Source: Bugula neritina (lineage: Eukaryota; Animalia; Bryozoa). From it: a stretch of DNA of 64,000 nt. The notes beneath the pieces were generated by a model. That model was not told the DNA's origin. It was given only the letters and a program-made list of their open reading frames with translations, and did no database searches. The DNA lies in assembly GCA_964035545.1 (NCBI GenBank), contig OZ037766.1, positions 7,120,722 through 7,184,721 of the forward strand, written 5' to 3'. Positions 12,724 to 25,843 of this stretch are shown piece by piece (position 1 is the first letter of the stretch; every line of letters starts with the position of its first letter). The translations under genes were made by a program, and so were the position numbers.

Positions 12724-14542
12724 CAGAATATTTGATATCGGTACAGCTAGATAGATGTGATCTATCTACAGTTAGCCTAGGTGCTCTCCTACTTGTGTTC
12801 CGGAAGGTATTCTTAGTGTTAGTCACGTGCCTTTTCGGCGTTTGATTGGAGGCTCGTATATTGGGCACGTTGTCTCTCCGCATTATAAACAGGGGGGAGG
12901 GGGGGGGGTTATAGAACAAACGCTATGACTACACTTTTATTAGCCATTACAATTACTACTCCTCAATAGTAGTTATAGCAAAGCTGTGAATGCACAAACT
13001 GAATGAAAAACAGTATACTTATAGTTATATAATGCATTCCTTATAGTAGAGCTTATTTACTTGATTCATTTTAATCAGTGATTCTACTTTTACTTTTAGT
13101 GTTAAGTTTTCACTTACATGACTTGAATAAATCTGATAATCTGAAAATAAATTACTTGCATTCATCAGTTACATGCAGAGTGTTATTAACTGATGAATGT
13201 TCTTATGTTTGATCTAAGGTAAGCTATAGCCTATATATTATGCTGTCTTTAAAGTCTATGCTATATACATGTAGATTAAACAATTTGAATTATATGTTAA
13301 GTATATTGATTATTAATGATATTATTAATACTGCTTGTATCACAACTTTTTACTGGTATGCCATGGTTTTTGCCACACCCCCTTTCTCTATTTCCTAACT
13401 TTAACTGATGTATCCTACAGCCAGTAGGTAAAACTACTGCTGCAGGTCTGCTGCCTAGTTCGAGTAGAGCAGTTTCTCTTCAAGTTTGTTTTTTCCATAT
13501 TCCCAACATATTTTAGCATCCATGCAATAGCTTTTTTATTGCCTGTGCTGCTCAGTGGTCTGTTGTAGTTGATTCATCATTTGCTGTGATGTTTCTTTGA
13601 TACTATAAGCCACACGGCTTTAGATGTTGCTCAAGCTTTCTGGGTTGGTTTGATAATTTTATGCTTTTTTAGACCCAAACAGGAGAGTTTTAAAAGTTAA
13701 GATCAATCTGCAGGTATACTGGTTTCCAGCTCATATTGTATAGTCAAAGTATATCTACTGCAAGTGAGGGCAGTGCAAGTGGTAGTTGTTTGTTTTTACA
13801 GCCATTTAAGAAGTTGTCAATTTGCTTCTATCTCAGTTAATCCCTGTTACAAAGACACTTAAACACAGCTGTTATTCTGGTATTTTTGAATATAAAAACT
13901 CTAAAATGGGATCCTATATGACTATAAACCAACGTTTCTCTACAGATGCAATAGTGCTCAGTTCTTTTTATGGAGATAAAATCATGTAAATTACTAAAAA
14001 TTAGCTTTTATATTATTTTCAATAACAATTTTTTTCTTTTTTATTAGATATAGTTCTATTAGATTTTGACTAATAGTATAATATTATATTCATAAAAATG
14101 TTTTATGGTGTCTTATATTACTGTCTAATAAGCCTAGTGAGTTGAGAACTATGCCTCTCTCTGCGTATGAGCATATCTTTATAATTTTATCAGTTTATTT
14201 ACACAGTCGTGATTGTAACGTGCTAGATCCATTCCCTGCTTATAAATTAATGTTTTCTTATCGATAAATATACATCTTACTTGATATAAGTCCTAGTAGT
14301 ATTACTGGCTCAGGGTGCAACAGTCTTCACTTTCTAACTCTGATAGCAAGGCCAATAGTCAAGATGTACAAGCTGATAAATAATTTGAATGTTTTAGGGC
14401 AATCTTGGCCATATCAGCTAATAATAGCCTCAGTTAGCTGTAGCTAACTTGTTAATATTATGACCTGTGCTGCGTCAGCTTTATGTGCAGCTTTGCAGTT
14501 TATTTTAGATACAATTGCTACATATAAAGTTGTAAGTTTGCG

Positions 14543-14626
14543 TTATTCTTTTTTATACCCTTATTCTTTTTTATACCCTTATTTTTTTTATACCCTTATT
14601 CTTTTTTATACCCTTATTCTTTTTTA
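14543..14626. repeat. 18-bp minisatellite (ttattcttttttataccc) x about 4.5
   Basis: Directly visible tandem repeat about 230 bp upstream of the TRIM start codon. Confidence 0.85.
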
Positions 14627-14851
14627 CCAGTGTAAAAATAAATAAAATTTATGAAATCAAATAACATTTTCTTTGTAACGACTCAGTTTTATTTACACCA
14701 CTACTGCAGAGTTCATTTATTTTTGCTATTTATCATTGTATTATTTTATTACTTATAATAATTCTTCATTAAAAATTCAAGAAACAACATAAAAATATAT
14801 ACCGTATGTATGTTTATAGGATATAGATTGTTTTGATGCACCTGTACCACC

Positions 14852-17800
14852 ATGAATGTGATAAATGATGAGAAAAGTGGAACCTTGGTAGAGAAACTAG
14901 CAGAAGAACTGGAGTGTGGAGTGTGTTTGGAAGAGCATTCAACTCTGCAATGGCTGCCATGTTGCTATCATTTATACTGTCTCAAGTGCCTTGGTTAGTG
15001 ACTGCATACCTTAAAGCTATAATGAGACCATGTTAGCTTGTTATTGCAGCTAAAAAGAACATTCTAACTACTGAAATAGAATAAACCTATCAGTGATTCT
15101 AATCTTAAGCTTCCATATTTTTCAAGTGGCATCACAGCACAACCCCATTAAGAAAAAAGTGATCTAAAATGTGAAAAGTACAAAACATTGCTTTACTTTT
15201 AAGTTATAGGTACCAAACAAATCTACCTCATGCTATTTTTTAGAGTTAGGACAAATTCAAAAATATTTAAAAATTAAACCTCCATTTTAATTTATAATGC
15301 CATACCCTTTCCTGCGAGTGCAAAATACTGTTAGACTTGATTAAAAAATTGTTTTACCTACTTAAATAAGTTAGTGAAACAATTTTTAATTAGTTGCATG
15401 CTTTTCTTTTTTTTGTTATTTTAATTATTAACAGGGCATTTATTTATACTCAGTCTCACTAATCCAATTAGTGCCTTAGCGGTTCATCTATTAAATTTAT
15501 TTAAAAGTATAATATTTTATTAGTTTGAGAACTATAAATATTTTTAGTAAAATCAGAACTGATACTCATATTAATCTCGTGTTTATAGCATTTTTATGCT
15601 TCTGTGTTTTAGAGCAGATTTTTAGAAGCCAAACAACTCCCAAATGCCCTAACTGCTTGGAATTGTTAACAAAAAAGCCCGATGAATATGAAGAAAGTGA
15701 TGTGGCCAAGAAAGTGCAGATAGCTTTAGCAAAGATGAATACAAATGTTTTAAAAGGTAACGTCTAATAATCTTGTCTCCTAACTCGTGATATTTAATTA
15801 AAATGGGGACTAAGAAATTAAACTATATGTGCCGGCTTCCATTGTGCCATTACCGGCATGAAAAGACTGTAACTTTTGTTTTTTTTGCATTCAAAGACAC
15901 ATTACCATTGTAGATTTAAAAGGTGTGTGTTCTACAGTTACGTGTAACAGACAGAGTACCTTTTGCTGCAATAACTGTCAAGTGTTACTGTGTCTAAGGT
16001 ACTGTGTCTATGGTTATTTTTAAGCATAATATCCGCTACTTGAGCACACAGATAACTTGGTTATGTCTCACATGAAATAAGTTTTGCTATTTAAGCAAAC
16101 TTGATGGCATAATTATAATATATTATAAACAAAATGAAAAATAAAGCTTTAAAATGATGGAAAGACAACTTCCTATGTAGTGTTATGTTGAAGTACTGCA
16201 GCTGCTCCAGTATAACAATAGTTGTTTATTATCTCTAAAATTACAGCTTTGAAGTATCAGTTATACATTTAGTAAGTGAGATAACCAAAGTAGGCTCATG
16301 TAATTAATTGTTCAATATTATACTTTGTAATGACTTATGATAGAAATATTCTATAGTAGTATACATATTTAGTAATTTCAGTTGACTTGCTTATAGCTAC
16401 AAGACAATTTTATATATAGAGCTTTTGAGCATCTTGAAAAAATGCTTCATAGAAGATATAGGCTCTAAGCAAAAGATGAATTAGCTTGTAGTTTTAACAA
16501 ACATGTCTGCCAGTCACGTAAAAAAATAATGTAGCCTTTGAAAACAATGTTGAGTGCTTTTTCAATGTTCATAGAGGTGAATTTAGGAACGTCTTAAATT
16601 TGATGACTAATTCATTGAAAGCTGAAATGGTATTCAGAGCATTACAAGTAGTCTCATATATTGATTCTTCTTACCTGATGGTCAGTTTGGTTGCTTTTAG
16701 ATGCAAGGAGACGCCTAGTCAGCCATGTTCAGCAAATTCAAAACATTGTCTTCATGATATCAAAGATTGTATTGCTGAAAGCAAAATGCATCTCACACTT
16801 TGGAAAAAGTCAAAATTTGAAAAACTTGCTGTTGCAAAGATTTTGGTAAAACTAAAATCATCAAGTAGTTAATGCGGTGTTGAAATTCCTCAGTAGGCTC
16901 TGTAGTACGTGTTTAATGCTTATAGCACACTAGCTTTCACAGCTAAAGATTCCATAAAACTTAAAATATTCCTATATAATCAAAGCTGCTACTGTTAGAT
17001 TATTAAAGCTGTGCGAGCTAAAGATAAAATTCTTGCTTTACTTAATTCTTAAATTATCAAATGAATTTCTACAGGCAGAGCAATTTCAAACTTACATAAT
17101 GCAGTGTTTGGAAATAATTTATAGAACGAAAATACTATCTCAGAAGCCAAAGATGCTGCAAAGCTTGTAGTAGAGGCACCAAAAAACAACTCAATCTTTT
17201 CGGTGCTAAAGGTAGCAGGTGAAAAGATATGTAAAGCCCACCAAGAGCTAATTGATCTACAATCAAAGATTGACCAGTTAAAGTCAGACTTGCAGCTAAT
17301 TGATAACATAGTAAAACTTGCATCAGAAAGCCATCAGCTGGAGCTGATAGATTTTGTAAATCAGCTGAACATTTCTGGTATGTAGGCCATGTTATCTGTA
17401 TTTGGAATTTTGGTATAATATCATTTATACACAAGATAAAATTGTGCAGCAACTACACTTTAAGCAGCAGCTTTTTGTGTAGAAATGCCATTTTTTTTAA
17501 TTTCTTAGCATACTTATAAATTACACTTATTTATACATGAATAGCTTGCAAAATAAAATGATGGAGTATGTTTGAGCAATTATTTTATAGAAGTGATAAT
17601 TTTCTATTATTTAACCAGCTATATAATTAAATGCAATATATGAGAGAGTGCGTAGATATACTCATATTACATGAATGTGATATATGATGTAAAGTATTAG
17701 GTCCAAAATAGAGCCAGCCATTTTTATGGTGATGGTAGTTATATATATTGCAATTTTAAATATTGGAATAAAATTAGGATAAAAGACGCTATTGAAGAAT

Positions 17801-19209
17801 TATCTATTTGAAAATATCCCAAATTTAATTTAAAGTTATTAATTCTATGTGTTGAACCATTTTCTGTAAATATTTAATTAATAACATTATTAACTCAACA
17901 TTAACAGGAGGTGTGGGCGTAATTTCTAGTACCCCTTTGATTTAACTGGATATATATAAAATGTTAGTATTAATTAATAATAGCATATATACTTTACGTA
18001 TATATTATATATATACATACTATTATGTATACACTCATAAGCGTAATAAAAAAAGTTTATAGCTTCTTAGCTTAGCTTTAAGCAAAATTAAATAAAATAA
18101 TCCCCTGAAAATTAGGTGTTGTTAGGCTTGTTAAAATGCATTATGATATATACTTTTATCTTATAGAATTACCAAAATCATTAACACTAGGAGACTATGA
18201 GGCTGTGCTAGACAATGTAAAATGCTACGATGCTTGTGTCACTGACCAAGGGAATTTACTGGTTGCCAGAACTGATGGGTTAGATGTGCTGCAACTCGAA
18301 ACAAATGCAGTCATAAAGTCAGTATCACTGGAGAAAACAAACTTTTTTTCGGTTGACATTTCTGATGAAAATGACATTATAGTTGGAATTACATCTTCGG
18401 AAGAAAATGCCTCCAAAGATGAGATTATTGTGTACAACTCAGAGTTGGAGCAGCTCCGTAGGTGGTCATGCGCTACAAGTGTTTCTGATCTTGCTGTTGT
18501 TGATGGAAGGATATTTTTAACATCCCTCGCTGAGCACACAACAAATATCGAAGTATTTTTTCTTAATGGTGAGCCTGCAGCTGAGGTTAACTGGCGTGGT
18601 AGGACTACGGGTATTGCTGCTATACCTCCATGCTTTGTAGCAATTGGAGATCCAACTGCCCCTTCCATTTGCAAGCAACAGATTACACATGGCAAGAAGA
18701 AGATTCTGTGGAAAACTGAAGCCGCCATACCTCGATGCCTCTGTCTGGATTCCCGTGGAATGATTTGGGCTGGATCAATTGGAAATACTTGCCTCTCAGT
18801 TTTATCAACTGATGGTAAATTGATTTCTCAACACAAAACTTGAGTTTTTTCTATGCTTTATTTAATAGTATTTATTTTTATTTTTAGTGCATGCTGCATT
18901 TTTAAACCAAAGGTTTTTGTGGTCTTCTTATAAGATCAAATTTGCTACACTAAAAATAGTATATATAGCTCTCACTGCGTTTATATTGAATTTTTATCCT
19001 GTGCTAAAAAGTACAAAAACGTTTTTAGTTATAATATTATATAATAGTTACAAGACATGTGATATATTGCAGGGAAACTAGTCCAAGAGATAAGAGATCA
19101 AAGGGTGACAGAACTTGGTGAGATTCACGGCTGTTGTGTGTTCAATGAGTATTTTTATGCTTGCCATGAAACTGGAGTCGGAAGATTTAAAGTAAATTAC
19201 GAAATGTAA
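14852..19209 (+). CDS. TRIM-NHL-type E3 ubiquitin ligase-like protein 1 (RING, B-box-like, coiled coil, NHL-like propeller; about 517 aa)
   Basis: Exons 14852-14993, 15613-15756, 15914-15998, 16701-16845, 17125-17377, 18167-18814 and 19073-19209, all GT-AG and in frame. RING: CGVC...LPCCYHLYCLKC...CPNC. B-box-like: CSTVTC...FCCNNCQVLLCLRC...C...H. A helical region follows, then the propeller. Confidence 0.85.
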
Positions 19210-21501
19210 ATTCATAAAATTTGCTACTATATGTGTTGTTTTTTAGCTGTTATACAATATTTATTTATTTCATTCTTGTCGATAGACAAACTTATGCAGA
19301 AAACAGAAAGCAGAAAACATATTTACCTAAGCTTTTTATTGGGGAATTTGAATATGAAAGTAAAATCATGCTCAAAAATAACAATGCTGCTTTCTTGACT
19401 CATGCCTTAAATAAATCTCACTCTTTTAGCATTATTATTTGCTCCGCAAAAATATGGCTCTGTCAATATTAAAGTTTGCTCATTTTCTTGAGACTTGCAA
19501 TAAGATGACTGCTGTGACAGGTCAATGTAATTATAATATTTTAAATCTTCTCTATCACTGTATGTAGACTACAGTGTAACTACAATGTTTCAAGAAGAAA
19601 TATGAAATACATATTATTTAAACACAATAGACTTTTTATTTGGATAAAGAAGTTGAAATATACAAAATTTAAATGAATTAAATTTAATCTTACATGGAAA
19701 TTGGCTTTAATAAGGAATGCATTAATATAACAGACATTATATGATTATTCCCTCCTTCAATAATGCAACTATGATATGCTTAGTATAATGTGATTTTATA
19801 CAAGTAATTGTGGTATTGAGCTAATATATTACATTGCCATGTTCACGTGTTAGAATTTGTGATTTTGGCCTCTTTATATAAACATTAACTAGTAAACAAA
19901 CAGGAATAAATTAAGTTGGAACTTATATATATATGCAGTCATGCTAACACATGGATGATATATAATATTTTATATGCTTGATAAATCATGGAGCCTTGAT
20001 ATAGTCCTATGGTTACATCATGTTACAAAATCAACACGTGAACAGTGGCTGATGCATTTTATGTATATATGCATATAGCTTTAAAATAAATTATACTTCA
20101 GGTTATGGGTTGCGGTACAATATTAATATTGATGCAACCGACATAATTTAAAGATCGTTATACAAAGATGAGCCAATAAGTTAAATCACCGACAACTCCC
20201 ATTTACTTCAACCAAACCCCCTTCTGGTACTGTAAGCCAACTGGCAACTTACCTAACAAGTTTAATCTGCCAGTGTCACCGATACCCTGGAACTCGAAAC
20301 TCTGTCAAGGAGTTTACCTATAAAACATCAGATAGAAACAATATCAGACATTAATTGGAAGAGCAGCAGCAGACAAAGACAGCAGGCAGAAGCAGCAATA
20401 GTGCATGTAGAGAGACCAATGTTAGTAGTAGTGCAGTCAATATAATTGATATACACATAATAATTATGTAGTATTTGTCATGATGATGCAGAGGTGCAAG
20501 ACAAACTAAAACAGTTAGAGTAAGTAACTTCATTTTATGTTAAGAAGATACATTGACTTTTTTACTATTTGTTTTTTTAAGAAAAGAAAGCTGCACAAAA
20601 GTTATACTAGAAAAAATTATTATTGTTGAACTGAAAAAATTTATATTTGAAGAAACTATTAATAATTGAATCGAGAAAATTTATTGATCATTGATGTTAA
20701 AGCTCCACAAAATTTATATAAATTTGAAGAACAATCATTTTTGAATTAAGAAAAGTTATTGAATGTTGAAGCTGCACAAACTTTATTATAGAAACTAGTT
20801 TTTTTAGCTGAGAAATTTTGTTAATTATTGATATGTTGAAATTGTACAAATTTCATATTTGAAGGCTCATTAACTTTGTAAGTTGTCAGTGGTATCCTAT
20901 TACACAGCAAGATTTCAAAGGATTGCTGAAATTGTTTTCTTTTCCTTTTGGTTTGGTTATCATCTTTATTATTATTGTAATTTTGTTTCCACATTATTAT
21001 CATGAAATAGATATTTGCAAACAAAACATAAACTATAGTTTCATTCTTCGGTGGGGAAAGCCCTGAATTTGCCTCCTGAAAATTAAAATTCAGAGTTGCT
21101 ACCATTACACACACATGCAACCACACATACCATCTCTGCATGAATAATTGTGTTAAAGCCAAACCAAAAATCCAACATTTGTTATTAAATTTTTGTTTGA
21201 CAAGTGTAATGAGTAAAAGATAATCGGAAGTTGCTTTAAACTATTTATTTTAAGGACAGCATAGGTCTCAACTTTAGAAACCCCTAACAGAAGGATGACA
21301 GTTCTAAATAGATAAAAACCTAATAATAAATATGAAAATGTAAATTGATAATAACTTTGAAGGAATAAAATGGAATAATACTGACAGTATAATACATTTA
21401 TTATATTAAAAAATGAAATATTTCTGTGATGATGCCATACGGAATGACTTGTATTGACAATTGCATTTCTCTTGTAACAGATAAATTGTATTCATGAATA
21501 C

Positions 21502-21630
21502 ATGTGCCTTACGTGATAAACTACTGCATGCATATATATAGTTATTATTGGAAATAAGTGAAATGCATGCATGCATTTCAATTTCCAATAATAACTATAT
21601 ATATGCAGTAGTTTATCACGCAAGGCACAT
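21502..21630. repeat. Near-perfect 129-bp palindrome just downstream of the MFS stop codon
   Basis: atgtgccttacgtgataaactactgcat...atgcagtagtttatcacgcaaggcacat, centred on tgaaatgcatgcatgcatttca. Confidence 0.9.
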
Positions 21631-21645
21631 TTAGCCTGTGGTCTA

Positions 21646-24600
21646 CTAAACAGGTCTTCCTTCTTTTGTCTTAGCATTGAAGACTAGGCCCAGAATGGAA
21701 GCTACAAAATACAGAAAACCAGAGTTCACAAGTCATGATATCAGCATGAATCAAGACATATAATCTATACGCCCCCTTTTTAGATATAGCAGAGTTTTTA
21801 GTATAAATGTGTCTGCACAACAAACTAACCAGCAAATGATAGACCAGCTGCTAGAATGAATATCCCGTAAGAATGCAACTTCTGAAGAAGAAAAGTGCTG
21901 AGTAGAGCTCCTATTGGCCCAGCCACTGCCTACAAAGTGATAATGCAATGCAACGCTATACAGAATATAGGATAGGTTTTAATACTTATAATACCAGCAC
22001 ATGAGTTCTTAAGATTACTTAAACCACACTTACCGAAGAGGTGAAGAGAACCCCGTAGTTCATGGAAACATATTGAGGACCAAAGGTTTTAGCAATGGCA
22101 GTAGGAAATAAAGAGAAATTCCCAGAAAATGTCATAAAGATGAGACAAATCCAAATAAAGAGTAGAGTTTTCCCAGCTGACTCAGCAAATATGTGAGTAA
22201 TGTAAAGAGAAGCCATGAGACAAGTCATTGCAGAGCTGAGTGTAACGATGGCAGCCTACAGTATGACAGCATGACTCAGAGTCAGCAGTTGATATTAACT
22301 GGTATATACAGGTAATATATTATATGGTTCATTTATCTGGTTATTATATGGTAATAGAAGGTTCATATATTAACTAGTTCATACAGGTAAGTGTTCATCA
22401 CTCACTTTAAAAGAAACTTTGTCAGCAAACAACCCCCAGAGTATCCTCCCGACAGCGTTGCACACGGCAGCAGCAGAGCCGAGGGTGGTGAGGAATCTGT
22501 CATCATTGACCACCTCACTTTCTCCATATGTCTTGTACAGAGTTGATATGAACAGCACACAGACTGCATTCAGCAGAAACATACACCATAAAGTAATAAA
22601 GTGACGTGTCTTTACCATCTCTTTTGGTGTCATACTAGTTACTTGGTGAGAACCACTGAGGGTAGGAGTCCCCTCCCCCTCACTACAGATAAACAGGTAG
22701 ATCTCATTCTACCTTGTCATACTTTGTACAGGAAGGCACAGGTAAACATACCTGTTCTATACAGTCAGTTTACATTCTATTTACAGGAAGGATATACTGT
22801 ACTTGTGTAGATTTTATACCAAAATGTTTATAACATGCGAATATATTTAATAACTGATCAGTTGTTGTAGCTGAAGTTGTCCTACTTTTGATTCAAAGCT
22901 TCAACTTCTTCACTTTTCTCTGCTGCTGAGTTGACAGGAAACAGTAGTAGCACTCCGACAATCTGCAGGGTGGCATAGCATACCCCCAACAATATAAACA
23001 TGTTAGGAACCTGGGCTAGAACTGAGTCATCATTGAAGTATCTACAGATAAGTAATATCAAAACTCCAATTAGGAGTTATATTCTCTCATAATTTATGTT
23101 GCAATAAATATTTATCATAATAATATATTACACTAATACTATATGTTTACTGAATTGATATATTCATCATAATACACTACAATCATGCATACTATATATG
23201 CAATAAACTGATGAAAGTGGAGTCACTGTAACCCACTTATCATCTCCGATATCTTGGGAAGTTCCGAGTTCTTTAGCCCCAACGGCCTTGACATTGTGAG
23301 GATTCAGGAAGGCTGTTTGCACTTGATCAAATATGAATGCTCCACCTCCAAACCCTGCCACAATGAATCCATTGGCGACACCTCTGTGTTTTGGAAACCA
23401 CTGAAGAGTAAATCATAGCCTAATGTAAAATATGTACACTAATCAGTATATATGAATAAGATCCTTTACTCGTTGGGAAATGCATATGGAAGGCGCAAGA
23501 GACAGTGACTATACTTACACTCATGGCTACAGACATGGGAGGAGCATAGGCGATTCCAATACCAACTCCAAACATAACACCATATGTCGCAAGGAACAGG
23601 TAATAACTAACTTTGATTGTATACGCGGAGAGAAACACCCCTAAGCTGAAAAGAAAGAAATAAGAACAGTTGTTATTATGAAATATAAATATAAAAAGTC
23701 ATGCTGATTCTGTGTTTATCTACCAGCAATTTAGTTTTTGTTTCAATATTTTTAGCCAATTAGATTATCTCTTGCATTCTTCGGCCAATTAGGTTATCTG
23801 TTGCATTCACCAGCCAATTAGATTTTCTGGTAGATGTTTTCACCAGCAAATAATTATGATAAAAAAGAACAACAGTGTTACAAAGTGTATAATGCGAAAT
23901 GAATATAAAACTTGAGTATATTTCTGGGATACAACATACATCAATAAGATAAAACTACAGTCTGATAGAATGTGCCAAGACAGTAGTAACTCTATATACC
24001 TGGTTATGAGACACCCAATCAGCGTAGCGAATCGAGTGCCAACTTTCTTCTCCAGTATTCCTCCGAGAAACATGGAGAGTCCTTGACCTGTGATAGCCAG
24101 AGATATCCCCCACACCGTATCCCCATACCTCAGGCTTCTAGGGTGTGAGCATTTGCGTACGTATGACGTTATGTAAGGATCAATATTACCTGTAGGGAGT
24201 ATTCTAGTGATACCTCAACTATACAAAGTATCATTTCAACTATACAGAGTATAACCCAACTATACAGAGTATAACCCAACTATACAGAGTATAACCCAAC
24301 TATACAGAGTATTACCTCAACTATACAGAGTATCACCTCAACTATACAAAGTATCACTTAAACTATACAGAGTATTATCTCAACTATACAGAGCATTACT
24401 TAAACTATACAGAGTATTACCCCAGCTATACAGAGTGCCAAGTGAGAGGTGTATCAAAATGCCACCAAAAACAGAAAGATACCCTTTGTATGGTGCAGAC
24501 GTCAAAGGACTGTGCTGAACTGGAGTCTTGGGAAGAGCTCCATATCCGGAAGGCTAGAGATAAACAACCAATAGAAATCAGAGTATTCAATATTTATAAG

Positions 24601-25843
24601 TGTGGTTAGATCTCCAACAACAAAGAAGTTAACACACTACCATGTAGTCCAGGTGAGTAGACCAAAGAGAGAAGTTGTACATCATAATGACCATTATTGT
24701 GGTTATTATGCTGGTACAGGTATGTGATAGTCTATACATATAACTTGTACATCCACACACCTGATATATTCATGGTGCGCAGTAAAACAGTAATTGAATA
24801 TACAATTATATGTACAAGTTATATATAGATATATATCAACAATGTGTCACATATTTAGAGATATAAGTATTTATCCCAGGAAACAGTAGTAAACATGTGG
24901 TGCAGATTGACTGCAGAAGTCATATAATAGTCTGATTTTCACTCCTTTAACAGTTCAGCACAGGATATGAGAAACTACCAGCTCACAATAGCTCTAAACC
25001 CAAAATGCTACTCGACACTAGAAACTATTTCGTAACTCAATACATTATATTTACTATCATGTAGTATTAGATGCATTGAATTATTTGAATATGTTGCACC
25101 AAAATACAAGCTTTTTTCACGTAGTTTAAAATGCCCAAGTATTTTTTAAGTGTTTAGGACTTTTTAGCAGAATAAAAAATATTTCATTTTGTAGTTGTTG
25201 TGAGCAGAATTTGTTTCTGAAAAGTGTATTTGCACATGTTTACAAAAACCTAATAAATCAGGTAATTAGTGTTCAATATAATTATTTGGTACACAATCAT
25301 TTTACCTGCTGATGGTTACATAATTGAGGTGATTACAAGTAATAACAATGTTTTCTTTCACTCAGAATATTGGTGAGTCATAAAACACATATCTAGCTGC
25401 ATTAGTTGATACTTGAGCAGCTCAGAAATGTTTCAAACTTCTCAACAAATCAAAAAGTGTTTCACAGAGATAATATACAATCAGAAATATATTTTGCTGT
25501 GATTATGAAATATTTAGAAATTGCATCATATTTATATGCATGTACTTAAAGAGTCCGTTTTAATATTTCGTATTTATATAAATCCTTTCCTGAATACTAC
25601 TGTGGAGTTTTACTCATTGCTTATATACAGCGTACTGTGGAGAAACTCTAATAAATCTCCACACTATCACCTGCCTAAGATTTATGACCCTGAATATAAT
25701 ATAGTCGTACATCCATTGAGCTCTAACAGTAAGATATACAATACCTATAGACTGTAGATATAAAATGCAATTGAAGCTAAAATATTTCTACTCACTGATT
25801 TATATGCAGATGTTGATTGAATTCGAACTGAGCGCATTTCCAT
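21646..25843 (-). CDS. MFS transporter, oxalate:formate antiporter-like (about 490 aa, 10 exons)
   Basis: Exons 25843-25796, 24553-24421, 24189-24000, 23645-23519, 23400-23237, 23041-22886, 22682-22406, 22255-22034, 21929-21830 and 21701-21646. Motifs include GGILIHLSLGTLYSWGN, YGVMFGVGIGIAY, WFPKHRGVANGFIVAGFGGGAF, NAVGRILWGLFADK and SGNFSLFPTAIAKTFG. The first exon is the least certain. Confidence 0.85.
23755..23850. repeat. About 29-bp degenerate tandem repeat containing gccaatta, in an MFS intron
   Basis: agccaattagattatctcttgcattc / ggccaattaggttatctgttgcattc / agccaattagattttctgg. Confidence 0.65.
24208..24436. repeat. 20-21-bp minisatellite (caactatacagagtattacct) x about 11, filling MFS intron 2 and overlapping the exon 2 end
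   Basis: Directly visible. The last unit is the coding end of exon 2 plus the donor site. Confidence 0.9.

Noticed and set aside
20585-20860. Degenerate aagctgcacaaa...-containing repeats
   Set aside because: Too decayed to define a unit or function. Probably an old minisatellite.
24208-24436. CRISPR-like appearance of short regular repeats (also 14543-14626)
   Set aside because: There are no unique spacers or cas genes and the context is eukaryotic. These are minisatellites.
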